DNA of 62,948 nucleotides, the filler included, from Chrysochromulina tobinii (Eukaryota): the NCBI GenBank assembly GCA_001275005.1. It is 5 parts of 5 records of this genome, joined end to end, with 100 filler letters (N's around TTAATTAATTAA, not from the genome) between each part and the next. Parts side by side here need not be neighbours in the genome. Positions count along the whole stretch, not along the records: positions 20,858 to 37,807 come from JWZX01000855.1; 4 more parts are not named here. One strand, written 5' to 3'. Position 1 is the first letter of the stretch. The number at the start of each line of letters is the position of its first letter. Of the stretch, positions 23,526 through 35,069 are shown in pieces. The notes beneath the pieces are model-generated. The model had not been told where the DNA came from. It saw nothing but the letters and a program-made list of their open reading frames with translations, and did no database searches. Both the position numbers and the translations under genes were made by a program.

Positions 23526-24560
23526 ATGTCCTCGCCCCCGCGCTCGCCCCCGCCGCCTTCGCCCCCGTCCTCGCCACCTTCGCCCTCGCCGCCGCCACCT
23601 TCCCCCTCGCCGCCGCCGCCCTCGCCCTCGCCCCCGCCGCCCCGAGAACTGCCCGAGCTCCCGAATCAATATGAGACGACTGTGACGGCCAATATCGTGA
23701 ACAAAAACTACACGGTCGTCGTGCACGAGATTTACGACGAGCCCAACAACCGGGCGCTCTTCCGCCAGTTCCATGCCGAACAGGGGGACACGACGTCCCT
23801 GTACCTCTACGATCTTGGGGAGTACTACATTGTCAACGCGTCGGGCTGCTTTGGTGGGAGGATCAGCGAGCTCACGAGCGGTCAAATGCGCGCGACGAGC
23901 AACGGGCGCATCATGGGCACGCATGAGATGTTCCGCTTCGCCAGCGCCAATCAAACAGAGATCTACATGGGCGTGGAGAACGTGGCAGGTGTGCCGTGCG
24001 ACAAGTGGCGCAGCGTGCAGGACGACGGCCCTACGGGCGTACAGCAGACGATTGACTACTACTTCTCGACCGCAAACAGTGGCTGGCGTTGGCCGTCGGC
24101 GCACGCGTCGCAGGTGCCCGTGATGCTCAGCCTGACTGGCTCGCGCCCGAACGGAAGAAATTCAACGGCGCGGCACCAGTACATGCACGTGTACGAGTTC
24201 GGACACTTCACCGTCGGGCTCGAGCAGTACCGCCACGGCTGGAATGTGAATCACACCTTCACCATCCCGCGCGAGGCAGGCGTGTGCGTGGGCAACATCA
24301 ACCCCGCCACGGTGCCCTACGCACCCGTATCGTCCCGCTCTCCGCCTGTCTCGTGTGCTGCGAGCGCCGCCCCGATGGGCATGAGCGCGCCCGCCGCCGC
24401 AGTGCCCGCAGGCGCGGCGTTCGTGTTTTGCCTACTCTTTCTCGTCATCGGCCTGGCCATGCCCCTCGCACCCCTTTGGCTTCGAAAGATCCGATCCATT
24501 TGCACGCCAGCTGCCCCCCCGAGGGAGGTGGTTAACGAGACGGGGGTCGATTTGAAGTGA
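23526..24560 (+). CDS. Pro-rich, ependymin-related/LolA-fold-like domain protein with C-terminal TM helix
   Basis: LPELPNQYETTV...EIYDEPNNR...YMGVENVAGVPCDKW pattern; TM AAFVFCLLFLVIGLAMPLA; no signal peptide seen, so the start may be incomplete. Confidence 0.55.
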   Translation: MSSPPRSPPPPSPPSSPPSPSPPPPSPSPPPPSPSPPPPRELPELPNQYETTVTANIVNKNYTVVVHEIYDEPNNRALFRQFHAEQGDTTSLYLYDLGEYYIVNASGCFGGRISELTSGQMRATSNGRIMGTHEMFRFASANQTEIYMGVENVAGVPCDKWRSVQDDGPTGVQQTIDYYFSTANSGWRWPSAHASQVPVMLSLTGSRPNGRNSTARHQYMHVYEFGHFTVGLEQYRHGWNVNHTFTIPREAGVCVGNINPATVPYAPVSSRSPPVSCAASAAPMGMSAPAAAVPAGAAFVFCLLFLVIGLAMPLAPLWLRKIRSICTPAAPPREVVNETGVDLK

Positions 24561-24561
24561 A

Positions 24562-24644
24562 GGGACCACGTTCAAGATGACGGGTCCACGTTCAAGATGA
24601 CGGGTCCACGTTCAAGGTGACGGGTCCACGTTCAAGATGACGGG
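24562..24644. repeat. 20-bp tandem repeat GGGTCCACGTTCAAGATGAC x4
   Basis: Directly visible just after the stop of 23526-24560. Confidence 0.92.
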
Positions 24645-25270
24645 GTTCGAGGCTGTGAGCGTCGCCGATCAGCCTCCGGGGCGATCGAAGCGAGAGCGAT
24701 GACTGTGGCATGAGTGGGTTTGAGCGCGGGAGCCCTTCACCATGGTTGAGAGCAATCACACCAATCTGGTGACAAGGCACATCGCGGGGAAAGGGGAAAT
24801 GGGCTCCACTGACACTCTCAGTGTACACAATTGTACTCACACAGGCCTGATTGAACGCCGTGAGACGGGGTATAGAGGACCGGCCAAACCCGGCGCGGCG
24901 GGCGTTGCGGTTGCGGTTTCCCCCATGGCGCAGCGTGGATGCGCGGTGATGGTGATGTTGCGTCGTCGAGATGACAGATGATGATTCAAATGTGTCCGAC
25001 TGAGGTCCGTGTGTGCACACGGGTGATCCCGTGATGCCTTGCGTTTGGGCAATCTACATCCGGTCTATGGGTTTGGGTTTCTCACAGTCACATTCACCTT
25101 TGTAGGCAGTCCATCATGTGATGGCGCCCTTCTCATTCAGGTTTTGGTCCAGTCAACGTCAACGGCATCACGATTGATGTTCTTCTTTGAACAAGTTTGA
25201 GATCTCGGAAAGCTTGATTGGGATCTCTTGGCAAGGCGCTTTGATTTGACGCGCCGCATTTGAGGTTGAC

Positions 25271-26101
25271 ATGAAGTGGCGGCGTCCACATTGGGGCGCA
25301 AAGCCATGGAGACACGACCGACATTCTGACGAGCTAGATAGCTTCGCGCCATCTCTCGCGCGTGCGCACACGGCGGTGCAATTGCTTGAGCAGTGGTCGG
25401 GCGGCGACGCAGCCGAACTGCGGGAGGACCTTCTCATCGCACAGATGGCTGAGGCTACCCTCGACGAGCCCACGCGGCCGCGTGCGCCGCTGGTCGCAGA
25501 CTGCGTGCCAGGGTTTACGAGTACTAGCGATATGGCTCTGGTGTGCGCCAAGCCGAGCTTGACCTTGTCTGTGCCCAGTACGCATTGGCACTGGCCCGCA
25601 CTTGTGGAACCAGAGGGCGGCCGCTCGCCCACGCTACGGAGCGCGTGGTGCGGCCGAGCTAGCACGATGGAAGCGGTCATGAGCGGCGGCGGCATCACCT
25701 TCTGCCCGCCGGCGCTCCACTCGCCGAGCATCGCCATCGAGGCACTCGACCTTGCCAGCGGGCCCAACCGCCGAGCACGCCTCCGTCGCTCGGTTTCGCT
25801 AGGCGTGGGCTGGAGCCGCGGCAGTTACGATGCCGAGAGCAACCACGCTGGCAGCGGGCTTGCGGGCATCAGCAAGGCCAAGCGGGCTGCGCGCCGCGTC
25901 GCCAAGGCGACGCATGCCGCCTCGAGTGCGCGAGCGCGCCGAGGGCTGCCGCTCTGGCTGTGGGACGCCGAGGTAAGGGGTCTCTCTCACAATCCATTAG
26001 CTGAGGCTGCCGCCCGCCGTGGGCGGCAAGCCCTCTGGGACACTGCACTCGCCTCGCGCTTCGGTGACGGCCTCTCGCTCCAGCCCGTGCCGGAGGAGTG
26101 A
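25271..26101 (+). CDS. Hypothetical protein
   Basis: 276-aa ATG-initiated ORF with coding-like composition; no motif recognised. Confidence 0.45.
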   Translation: MKWRRPHWGAKPWRHDRHSDELDSFAPSLARAHTAVQLLEQWSGGDAAELREDLLIAQMAEATLDEPTRPRAPLVADCVPGFTSTSDMALVCAKPSLTLSVPSTHWHWPALVEPEGGRSPTLRSAWCGRASTMEAVMSGGGITFCPPALHSPSIAIEALDLASGPNRRARLRRSVSLGVGWSRGSYDAESNHAGSGLAGISKAKRAARRVAKATHAASSARARRGLPLWLWDAEVRGLSHNPLAEAAARRGRQALWDTALASRFGDGLSLQPVPEE

Positions 26102-26502
26102 GAGGCGAGCGCTGCAGGCGCAAAAGTGCTTCCGCTCATCAGAGAGCTGGCATCAGAGAGCCTCCAGTGGCAGTGGTGGCATCGGCAGGACCGGGGCTCC
26201 CGGGCACGCGGCAGCCGAGCTCAGAGCAGCCCAGCAACCAGCGGGTTGCCATCTTCTTGAAGATGTCAGTACACAGTACCGTATTGGGGAGGATCGCTAT
26301 GCATGAAGGTCACAACGTGGGACCCGGTAGCAGCCCTGCAGAGCAGGTCCACTGGGGCGCGTCCGTTGTTTGACAATGGATAGTCGACGACACTGCAGTC
26401 ACTGCCTTCACATGAGCTGTGCAGTTTCACAACTGTTTCACATGCATGATTGCATCGACGCTTCGCAAAGGTCGTTTCGTTCGTGTCCAGTTTGCGACGA
26501 TC

Positions 26503-28275
26503 ATGCCTCAGCCTCTACAGAACCCCGCGGCTCCGGCGGCGCTGCTGGTGCCTCCTCGGTCTCCGCAGAAGCCCATGAGTCCGCTGATGCGTGCAGAACT
26601 GGACAGCCTCCAGTTCAGACCAAAGCGCAGCAGCGCCTACGGCGGCCCTCCTACGCCTCCTCCACGCTCGCCCGGCATGCGGGCGCCTGCAGCCGCATCG
26701 CCCAAGGCAAACTTGCTGCAGCCCTTGCACAAAGGAGGCGGCGGCACGAGCCTGCTCACCTCTGAGATGATGAACGACAAGGCAGTCTCCTTCGACAGCG
26801 TCTACGACTCGCGCTTCGACGGCAAGGACACGGAAGACCACTTTGGCATGGGCATGAACCTGCGCAATGACGCCGATCTGACGACGCGGATCGGCAAGAC
26901 CAAGCAAATTGGCAGCTCTGAGTTTATCAACGATCGCAGGGCCACCTTTGACATCGTCTACAGCTCGGCGCACGACGGGATGGACACAGCGGACCACTTC
27001 AGTGTGGGGATGCAGATGGGCGCGGACGAGTACGATCTGCAGATGGAGGAGCGCGCCCGCGAGCGGATGGCCGCGTACGCGGTCGCGAAGGAGAACCTGA
27101 AGAAGAACAAGTTGCACGAGCACGCCCATATGGGGCATGAGCAAGCCGAGGGCAAAGGAGACACATTTGACCACTTCGCGGGTGGGAGCATGAACATCGC
27201 GGCCGACGACACGAACATGGCGTTCGATAAGATCTACAGCGAGGTCTTCACGGGCAAGGACACGGCCGATCATTTTGCGCCGGGGATGGGCATGAGCCTC
27301 GCCGCGGACGCTGAGCTCACGACGCGCATCGGGATGTCAAAGAAGCTCGGGAGCTCGGAGAGCATCAATGACCGTCGTGGCACCTTTGACATCGTGTACA
27401 GCTCCGCACACGATGGGATGGACACGGAATCTAGCCTGGTCGGTATGGCCGTGACGCCCACTCACGATGTGGATATCGTCAGGCGCCGCCAGAAGCGCTA
27501 CCCCAACCTGACGAAAGCCGAGCGCGTCCCACCGCCGCGACCAAAGTTCCTCCAAGGCTCCGTCGCGCACTGGGGCCCTTCGGGCGCGCCCAACGGCAAG
27601 GACGAGCCCGAGGTGCCGCCCACTCGGAAAGTGCTGAGTGCGGAGATGCAGCGGCACGTGGATGGGCTCGTCGTCAAGGGGAGTGGCTTGGGGGGCAAGG
27701 CCGAGCCCATGAGCACCGCGTCCGTCTTCCTGGAAGCGCCATCCGCCGAAGAGCTGGTCCACAAGTATGACAAATTCAGCTGGGATTCGGAGCGGATCGC
27801 CTTCGAACTGATCAACAAATTCGACATGTTCACGCGTCGGCGCGAAGACCACCTTCGAAAGATTCTCGTTTCGATTGGCAACGACCCCGCCTTCGAGTCC
27901 ACCAACAAGAACGCGATCTCGATCACGCCCAAGAACTTCAATCGTGTGTGTGACCGATTTGGGATCGTGTGCAACGAGCGGCAGGCGCGCGAGATCTTCC
28001 AGAAGCACAACATGCCCATGCAGGGGTGCAACTTGTACACGGTCGGCAGAGCCTTCATCGAGGGCAATGCCGGCGGCCTCGAGGGCGGACCGGCCAAGAA
28101 GCAAGTGCGGCTCCAGCCAGAGGTGAAGGCCGCCCGCATGGAGCACACCATGCAACAAGCGTCCCGGCGTGGCGACCCGTTTGCGACTGCTCGGCTGATG
28201 GAGAGCGCGTGGAAGGTGCATCACTCCGCGCGCGCGCAGACGGCGCCGGCGGCGACGCTGCCGCCAATCGGATGA
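26503..28275 (+). CDS. Hypothetical protein with internal FDxVYxSxxDGxDTxDHF repeats and a possible degenerate EF-hand-like C-terminal region
   Basis: Long ORF with strong GC3 bias; 4 full copies plus 1 partial copy of the repeat at about 26785-27435. Confidence 0.75.
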   Translation: MPQPLQNPAAPAALLVPPRSPQKPMSPLMRAELDSLQFRPKRSSAYGGPPTPPPRSPGMRAPAAASPKANLLQPLHKGGGGTSLLTSEMMNDKAVSFDSVYDSRFDGKDTEDHFGMGMNLRNDADLTTRIGKTKQIGSSEFINDRRATFDIVYSSAHDGMDTADHFSVGMQMGADEYDLQMEERARERMAAYAVAKENLKKNKLHEHAHMGHEQAEGKGDTFDHFAGGSMNIAADDTNMAFDKIYSEVFTGKDTADHFAPGMGMSLAADAELTTRIGMSKKLGSSESINDRRGTFDIVYSSAHDGMDTESSLVGMAVTPTHDVDIVRRRQKRYPNLTKAERVPPPRPKFLQGSVAHWGPSGAPNGKDEPEVPPTRKVLSAEMQRHVDGLVVKGSGLGGKAEPMSTASVFLEAPSAEELVHKYDKFSWDSERIAFELINKFDMFTRRREDHLRKILVSIGNDPAFESTNKNAISITPKNFNRVCDRFGIVCNERQAREIFQKHNMPMQGCNLYTVGRAFIEGNAGGLEGGPAKKQVRLQPEVKAARMEHTMQQASRRGDPFATARLMESAWKVHHSARAQTAPAATLPPIG

Positions 28276-29266
28276 TGAGTCGTGTGCCTCATGTATGCCC
28301 TGGCGACGGTGGAAGCCTCGACAGAGACACGGTTTGGCTCTGTTCGATACAGTACAGGCCACCTCGCTGTGCAGCCTTCAGTATCCGAGGCCGCTTCGTG
28401 GTCAAAGAATGTAGCCATCATGTTAATCAGTCAGTTATCTCGGTCCGAGTTCTCATCAGAGATCACGCGCTTTATGAATTAAATACCCGCGCGCACGGCA
28501 GAGGGCAGTTGAGCGTTTAAGAGTTATACATATCAAGTCGCGAACGACAAACGAGCCAGTCTCGAGTCTCGATTCCCGTACGTCGGCCCGGTCCGAGCAT
28601 TCCATGTGTGGTTTTACGTTTGAATCCTGGGACTTCTCTGAAAATAAGGATAAAAAAAGAAGATTCCGGAGGACCGCGTACTCTGACAGTCCGCCGGTCG
28701 AGATCGACCGGGCGCACGGCGGTCACGGCCGGGAACGCGAATCGCGATCGCGGATTCGGGATTGGGCCGCGGGCCGCGGTTACTTTGAACTTTCCTGGCG
28801 CTCAGCTCGCCAACGAGTCAGTGTCCGGTGCGTATGTCTACAGTACCCCGGGGCCCGATGGACTGCGTCTTTTTGACGCCAGCATACGCGACGTGGGTGT
28901 TCGCTGTTATGTTCGCTGAGGATAGGAATAATGCCGGTACAATGTATTCGTGTATGCCGCGTTTGCATGCAAGTTACGGAAAACGCGCTTTCCCTCAAAA
29001 GCCCGTTCGGGTCGTGCCTGGCACTCAGTCTCAGAAAGCGTGCGTCTTGCTCAACAGCAAATCAAATGGGGGACGCGGCGAATGCGCACCAGCGGAACAT
29101 CTACAATAAAAAGATCCCTACGCTCGAATATGTCGACGGCCAGGTGAGGTAGCTCGTGCTGTGCTAGCTCTATGCTAGCTCCTAGCTGGCGCGCGTACAT
29201 GTAGCACGTGCCACGTCCGTGGGTCGTGGCGCACATGCAAAATGCATAACGTCCCTATGCTCACTT

Positions 29267-29992
29267 ATGCCTCGCGCGCAGGGCAAGACTTACGACAGGC
29301 AGCTCAAAAATCTGTCTTGGCCAGTCGCCACCGATTTGCCCGCGCATGCGCAGCATTCGGCGAGGAAGCTGATGCCGCAGGCCTACAACGCGCTGCACCC
29401 GATGGACTTTTCGATGGCGCGTGAGACGTACGAGACGTCCTTCGCCAACCAGTACGGCTCGTTCGGCATGCACGTGGAGCCTTCCCCGCGCAAGCAGAGT
29501 GTGCACGAGCGTCTCTTCACCCCGACACGCAACCTAACGCACCCGGGCCTCAAAGCCCAGCTGACGTCCGCGGAGGTGCAAGCAGATGACGCGTTTGCGG
29601 CGGGGCTGTACGGCCCGGCTATCCAGGGCTACACCCTTGCCATCCAGCACAAGGCCTCGCTCTTCTGCTACGAGAAGCGCTGCGCCGCTCTCGCGCACGT
29701 CGGCCGGTACCGCGAGGCGCTGAGCGACGCCAAGTACATTCTGAGCAACGGGCCGCAGGCGGAGGGTGAGAGCGGCCCGAACAAGCAGCGTGTCAAGGCC
29801 ATTGAGACTTTCCTGGCCAACAAGGAGGTGGGCGCGAAAGGCTTCCAGGAGGCACCCGCCACTCTCATGTGCCTGCTCACGCCCAAGGGCCTTCGCCAGT
29901 GGCGCACTTTTACGCCGAGCACGTACACGCGCCCTTACCCCTTCGGTGCCAGCGTCGTGAGCTCGCCCCGCAATCTTCCTGCGCAGTACTGA
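29267..29992 (+). CDS. TPR-repeat protein
   Basis: ADDAFAAGLYGPAIQGYTLAI...YEKRCAALAHVGRYREALSDA fits two TPR units. Confidence 0.75.
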   Translation: MPRAQGKTYDRQLKNLSWPVATDLPAHAQHSARKLMPQAYNALHPMDFSMARETYETSFANQYGSFGMHVEPSPRKQSVHERLFTPTRNLTHPGLKAQLTSAEVQADDAFAAGLYGPAIQGYTLAIQHKASLFCYEKRCAALAHVGRYREALSDAKYILSNGPQAEGESGPNKQRVKAIETFLANKEVGAKGFQEAPATLMCLLTPKGLRQWRTFTPSTYTRPYPFGASVVSSPRNLPAQY

Positions 29993-30581
29993 GGTCTGTC
30001 AGCATGGCTCTTGCCATGGCGTTGAGGGCGTGCGCACCTCTCGCCGACTTGGGATTGGGCGGCGCTCGAGGCGAAGGCGGCGCGGAGACGTGGAGTCAAT
30101 CTCCTTCGTCCTTGCAATCTCCATGTGTCGAGGCGTGGCTAAAAGCTGAGAGGGAGATAGTGGGGAAGGGAGTGGGCGCGGGCTGCATACGAGGACGGCG
30201 CAGCTGCGCACAGTAACACAGTCACACAGAGCCGCGCTTTCATGGCATCTTTGTACGTGACAGCGTGACGTGAATGGTTGCGCGCGTGCATATTTGGTGG
30301 GCAATTATGCGCTGGTCCAGAGTACACCAGACCTCTAGCGGTTCTATCTCCATCCGAGAGTGCGTCCGGGTTTTCCGACGTTCGCCGTTTCCGGTCCGAT
30401 GTCGGTCGGTCGCCCGGCGGCGGGGTCGAGTAAGCACTCGAGACGAGGCCTCAAAAGTCAAATGCCGACTCGGCGTGAGAGCGTCGTGACTCTGGAGGTC
30501 GCGCGTCGCGTAACGCTAACGCCACGCCCCACGCGAATAAATACACACCACCGAGCACGCGCGCGCCTGTTACTTTTTGGC

Positions 30582-31460
30582 TCAGATTCTGAAGATGAGC
30601 ACGCGCGTCGCTAAGGAAAAGGAGAGGATCGTCAGGCCTATGCTCGCGTTCCGGATTGCCTGTGCTCTCTCGCCTCTCCAATCTTCGTCCTTGTCGCCCT
30701 CGGCCAACGGGGTAATCAACTCCAGGTAGAGCGCGCGCAACGTGTCTTCACGTGCATTCGCACGGGCCGCGGCGGGCTGCGAAGGGACACTGCTGTCGGA
30801 GATTGCATCTCCACCGTTGGGTTGCACCTCGTCTCGTCGAGATGGAGATGCGATCTCACCCGTGGTAACTGCCTTCTGGGAGGCGGGGGGCGCTTCCTCT
30901 GCCCCACCGACCGGCAACGTGATGAACGAGAGAAACACCTGCCACAAAAACTGGTTGAACGCCATATACGCCGGTAAGAACTTTGTTGGTACGACTGCAA
31001 AGCCAAGAAAGTTGGTTAGAGGCCACACGGCGCAGTCGTTGATCCAGGTGGTGAGGAAGCCCCGTTTCGTCTCATGGAGCGCGCTGGGTAAGTCCGGCTT
31101 CTCCAGGATCCCGCACACCGCCAGGAACATCCCGTCGTTCTGCGATGACCACAACACCTGATCAAAACAAATCTTATGTAGAACGGTCCGTGTCGACGAG
31201 CTCGTGCCGCACATCCGTTCGAGTGTATTGTACCAAATCGTCATCAATGCACCGACCTGGACAACGCCTAGCATCGTGATCGCAGGGAGGCGTTCAGTGG
31301 TTCGCTCGTCCTTCGGGGCGCTCAGCTGCGCCATGCCCTCTCCAGCACCATACACGATTGCGCCAATAACAGAATTCATCTTGAAGGGATGTAGCTCAAT
31401 AGCGTCACCGACAGATCTAGCAGCCCGGCGGAGAAACATGGTTGCGCGCAGGAGGACCAT
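30582..31460 (-). CDS. Mpv17/PMP22 family membrane protein
   Basis: HPFKMNSVIGAIVYGAGEGMAQ, WYNTLER, KICFDQVLWS, VWPLTNFLGFAVVP, FNQFLWQVFLS. Confidence 0.88.
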   Translation of the reverse strand: MVLLRATMFLRRAARSVGDAIELHPFKMNSVIGAIVYGAGEGMAQLSAPKDERTTERLPAITMLGVVQVGALMTIWYNTLERMCGTSSSTRTVLHKICFDQVLWSSQNDGMFLAVCGILEKPDLPSALHETKRGFLTTWINDCAVWPLTNFLGFAVVPTKFLPAYMAFNQFLWQVFLSFITLPVGGAEEAPPASQKAVTTGEIASPSRRDEVQPNGGDAISDSSVPSQPAAARANAREDTLRALYLELITPLAEGDKDEDWRGERAQAIRNASIGLTILSFSLATRVLIFRI

Positions 31461-31681
31461 TGCTTGCCTCCCGCCGCCGACCCGCCGTCGACGGCGCCGA
31501 GGGCCTTCTTGCCTTGCCTCCCTGGTCGCGAAGGGTCCCGCGAGGACGATTCCATAGGGATCACAAAAAGTGCTCGCGCCGACGCGATCTCTCAAGTTTC
31601 TCTGGCGAGAGGCCGATGAGAGATCGATAGCTCTGTTCTCTCGTCTAGATTGCGACGCAACTTGCCATCGAAGAATCTTGC

Positions 31682-31689
31682 CTCTTTCT

Positions 31690-31720
<31 letters not shown>

Positions 31721-31734
31721 GCTCTCTCTCTCTC
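31682..31734. repeat. (CT)n microsatellite
   Basis: Visible imperfect CT run upstream of the Mpv17 gene. Confidence 0.9.
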
Positions 31735-31900
31735 AATCACTCACACTCTCTCGGTCAGGCCTCGCAAAGACCACCATGCGCGAGGCCTCTGGAGCTGCGC
31801 GAGGCCTCTGGAGCATGTAAGCTGCTCATGGCTCTCTGGCCGCCGTCGGCTATCAGTGGCGGCCTCCACATCCACCCATCTCGTGCGCGTGAGCCAAGGC

Positions 31901-32708
31901 TCACGGACGATTCTCCTTGACTACGCCCTTGAACGATTCCTGGAAGTGGGCGCCCATCTGCTGCGAGGGTCGTCGCACCAGCTCAACGTTCGACTTGACC
32001 ACGGTCTCCGCATTTTCACTAAACGTGCGAACTAGGGTCGCAGAGGTCGAGCGCTCGAGCATCTCCTTTCGCTTCGCGCCACGCTCGCGCAGACGGTCGC
32101 CGAGCTCCTTGGCCGAGCCCACCTGCCACTGGGTCTTGATGTACACGACCCCTCCGATTGCGCCGAGTAACACTACGAGTCCTGCGATAAGGAAGGAGCC
32201 CTGCCCTATCGCCGCCGGAGCGACCGCGCCATGTTTGCCCATAACGACGTACTGCGCGTCCGGGTTGAGATTCTTGGACACGTAGTTGAAGCGATCCTTG
32301 AGCATGTCGTCGCGCGCGGCCACCGCCTCCTGGATCGCTGGCTTGAGCGAGCGCGTGACCGAAGTAGCGTCGAGGTAGGCTTCCTGCGCTTCCTGCTTGG
32401 TGACCACCGGCAGCTCAAGGGTCGTGCCCCAGTGCTTGATGATCTGCATGGCATCCGTGCGAATGGTTTTGAGCTTCTCGCCAGGGATGAGGCGAGGAGA
32501 AGGCGGATCAAGTGGGCTGCGAGTGCGGGTGGTGCGTTTCTCTCACCTCTCCGCGCTCATTCTTGAGTGGCTCAACAGTCACGTCTCCTCCGCTTGCACT
32601 GGCTTTTTTGGTCACCTCGCCACTCAGACGGCGGCAATGTACCGCCACCGGGAGCTGCGGACGCAGCACTGCGGGGCGAAGGCATCGGACCAAAGCAGTC
32701 GACCTCAT
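31901..32708 (-). CDS. Hypothetical single-TM protein with mitochondrial-type presequence; one intron (donor 32546)
   Basis: Arg-rich presequence MRSTALVRCLRPAVLRPQ...RRLS; GTGAGA donor; second exon has TM FLIAGLVVLLGAIGGVVYI. Confidence 0.6.
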
Positions 32709-33201
32709 TACGTTGGCCGAGACCGAGTATGGAAGGATGAGACGCAAATTGACGAAGCTGGTCTGTGTTCGAAATAAGTTTTCCGCAGGGCGGAAGTCGC
32801 GATGGAAGGCATACATTGTAGCTTGCTTACCTCCTCCTCCGCCGCCGCTAAGCGCGTTCGCCGCTCGCTGCGTTGCTGCCGCTGCACGGCCGCGGGACGG
32901 TCGTGTAAGGTGTATGACCGCGGTAAAAGAGGCTTGTTGGAACCGCGGTACTCGGTACGATGAACGATGGCAAATCTCGCGTAGTCCGAAGACCGGCGTA
33001 CTCGCGTATGGAGTTAAGCGCGTAAAGAGAGACCTATACAATGTATTGAGATACGAAGCTCTCATTTTGGGTCTTCTATGTTGCATTCTAGGTGATGCAT
33101 TTGAGAGCGGCGATGCCGATGGTGCGATTGGCAGCTACGACCTACGAGTCCAGAACAGGAGAACTCAAGCCACGCAAGAAGGCCTAATAAAAGCTGCGCT
33201 G

Positions 33202-33660
33202 CTAGCTGCCGTTGGGGTATACTATGGCAGCACTGTAGTACTGTCCCGATTCGTACACGCCTTCCACAAAGCGCCTCCGGAGATTCGCCGGACAATGGTA
33301 AGTACCCTTCATGATGCGCGGCCGCCTGCGTCGCCAGCGCTGCTGCACGAGCGTTGCGGCTGCCTGCTCGGCCGCGGTCGGCGCCTTGACGAGCACCGCT
33401 TTCGGCGGCTGCTGCAGCTGCTGGCGCGCATTGAGGCCGATGCGATCGAGCTGTGGTCCCACATCAGCATCCAACCGACTAAGCGCCCTCTGCAGCGTCG
33501 CCACGTCCTCCTTCAGAGCCTCAACAACCTTCGCGTCGCGTGCAAGCTGCTGTTTGTACATATCTGAGAGCGCGTTCTTGGAGAAATCGACGCTGCCCTG
33601 CAGTCGCTCGCATTTGCTGGCAAAGCGCTTTGCCAGCGAGTCCGAGTGCGAAGCGGCCAT
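33202..33660 (-). CDS. Small coiled-coil protein with IQ-like motif
   Basis: Heptad-like VEALKEDVATLQRALSRLD; AATLVQQRWRRRR. 3' end uncertain. Confidence 0.5.
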   Translation of the reverse strand: MAASHSDSLAKRFASKCERLQGSVDFSKNALSDMYKQQLARDAKVVEALKEDVATLQRALSRLDADVGPQLDRIGLNARQQLQQPPKAVLVKAPTAAEQAAATLVQQRWRRRRPRIMKGTYHCPANLRRRFVEGVYESGQYYSAAIVYPNGS

Positions 33661-34034
33661 CGTGGAAGTTGCCGCGGCACCTGGGTTGACGTCCACGATC
33701 AAGTGTCCTTTTTTCGAGGCGCCGTGAAGTTCACTTCACGAGACATGACATCTTTGAGTTTCTGGAGATTGCAGTGTGCTCGTGTCCCGGTCCCGGCTCC
33801 CCCGGCTTTTTACCGGTTCCCCCGGTGTGTCAATAACTCACCATTGATGGACCACAGGACCGTCGGCCCAGAAGAGGCCGTCTCAGAAAAATGCGGTGAG
33901 TGGGCAATTGACAAGAAGGTTAAGTCAAGAGTCGCTCTAACTCTCCTACCCAATCCTGCAGTTAGCCACCGATCTCGTGTTGAATCTCCCCGAGTGTTTC
34001 GTCGCACCAAACGCCACCATCAGATTCCGCAATC

Positions 34035-34565
34035 ATGCGGCACCCTGCCACTGTGCTCACGATCCTCGTGGCCGGCATGCCTGTTTCAAGCGGCTTAGTG
34101 CACCGAATGCGCATCATGCACGCTCCTCAACGGACGCTGGCGGCGGATCCAAAAATGCTGTTGCCGCTGCGCCCGCGTACCGCACTCGCGCTGGCTGCAG
34201 TCGGTGCAGTTGGAGGCATCGTGCGCTATGCAGTCGCAACTCGCAACTCGCAAGTTCAGGGGCCAACTACTTCTGGTGCTGACAACGTTTCAGAGTTCCG
34301 AGCCATGCCCGTTGCTGCTACCAATAGCCTGCAGTCGCAATATCGTGCAAGTGCCGTGAAGATTGTGCCTTGGGAGGCCGCCGATATTACTGTGGGCACC
34401 GAGCAAGAGCCAGAGCCAATAGCAGTCGCGACCGGCAGCGCAGAGGTCAAGGATACGCAGATCGCGGAGGGGCTGATCATCACGGGCACCATCCTCGCGC
34501 TTCCGCTGCTGATCAAGGCTTTTTTCGTCAATAAGCTTGGTGCTGCATTACTTTTAGGCGCTTAA
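34035..34565 (+). CDS. Hypothetical signal-peptide/membrane protein
   Basis: Hydrophobic N-terminus plus two further hydrophobic segments. Confidence 0.5.
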   Translation: MRHPATVLTILVAGMPVSSGLVHRMRIMHAPQRTLAADPKMLLPLRPRTALALAAVGAVGGIVRYAVATRNSQVQGPTTSGADNVSEFRAMPVAATNSLQSQYRASAVKIVPWEAADITVGTEQEPEPIAVATGSAEVKDTQIAEGLIITGTILALPLLIKAFFVNKLGAALLLGA

Positions 34566-35069
34566 TTTACGAATCCGGTAGGAGCATCGTAAACGGGGTT
34601 GCCCGACTCGGACTTCTTAAGCCCGGGTCAAGGGCAAGTGCGCGCCGGGGCCATGTGCACACGACAGCCCGGAAGTGCGCTTGCCTGCGTAAGCGGGAGC
34701 CGGGAGCTCTCCCGCGACCCGTCGCTGGCATAACTGTTTAACTACTGGCCCACGGTGGACCGGAGCACCGGACGGACACGGAGTCGGCCAGTCACGCTCT
34801 CATGCAGTGGAATAACAGTGGAATGGCGCCCCCTCGTTCGGGGACGGGGTTCGGCCGTATGCGGGGGTTGCGGGCGTGTGGTTCGTGCACCGTGTGACAG
34901 CCACGCACATATTAGTTATAACGGCTTCTTGAACGGCTTTTCATTTTGTCGTAATAGCCTGACGTTGCCTGTGAGAGCATGTTGTACTTTTAACGTGAAA
35001 CGTCTTTCTGGACTTGATGAGTTAATCTTTTGAAACGATTCGAAAATCCCCTCCGCCGTCGCTCGCAAC

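Noticed and set aside
32512..33567. 351-aa plus-strand ORF and other long antisense ORFs (e.g. 53905-55146, 52013-53269, 27337-28362)
   Set aside because: Shadow ORFs opposite better-supported genes in high-GC DNA.
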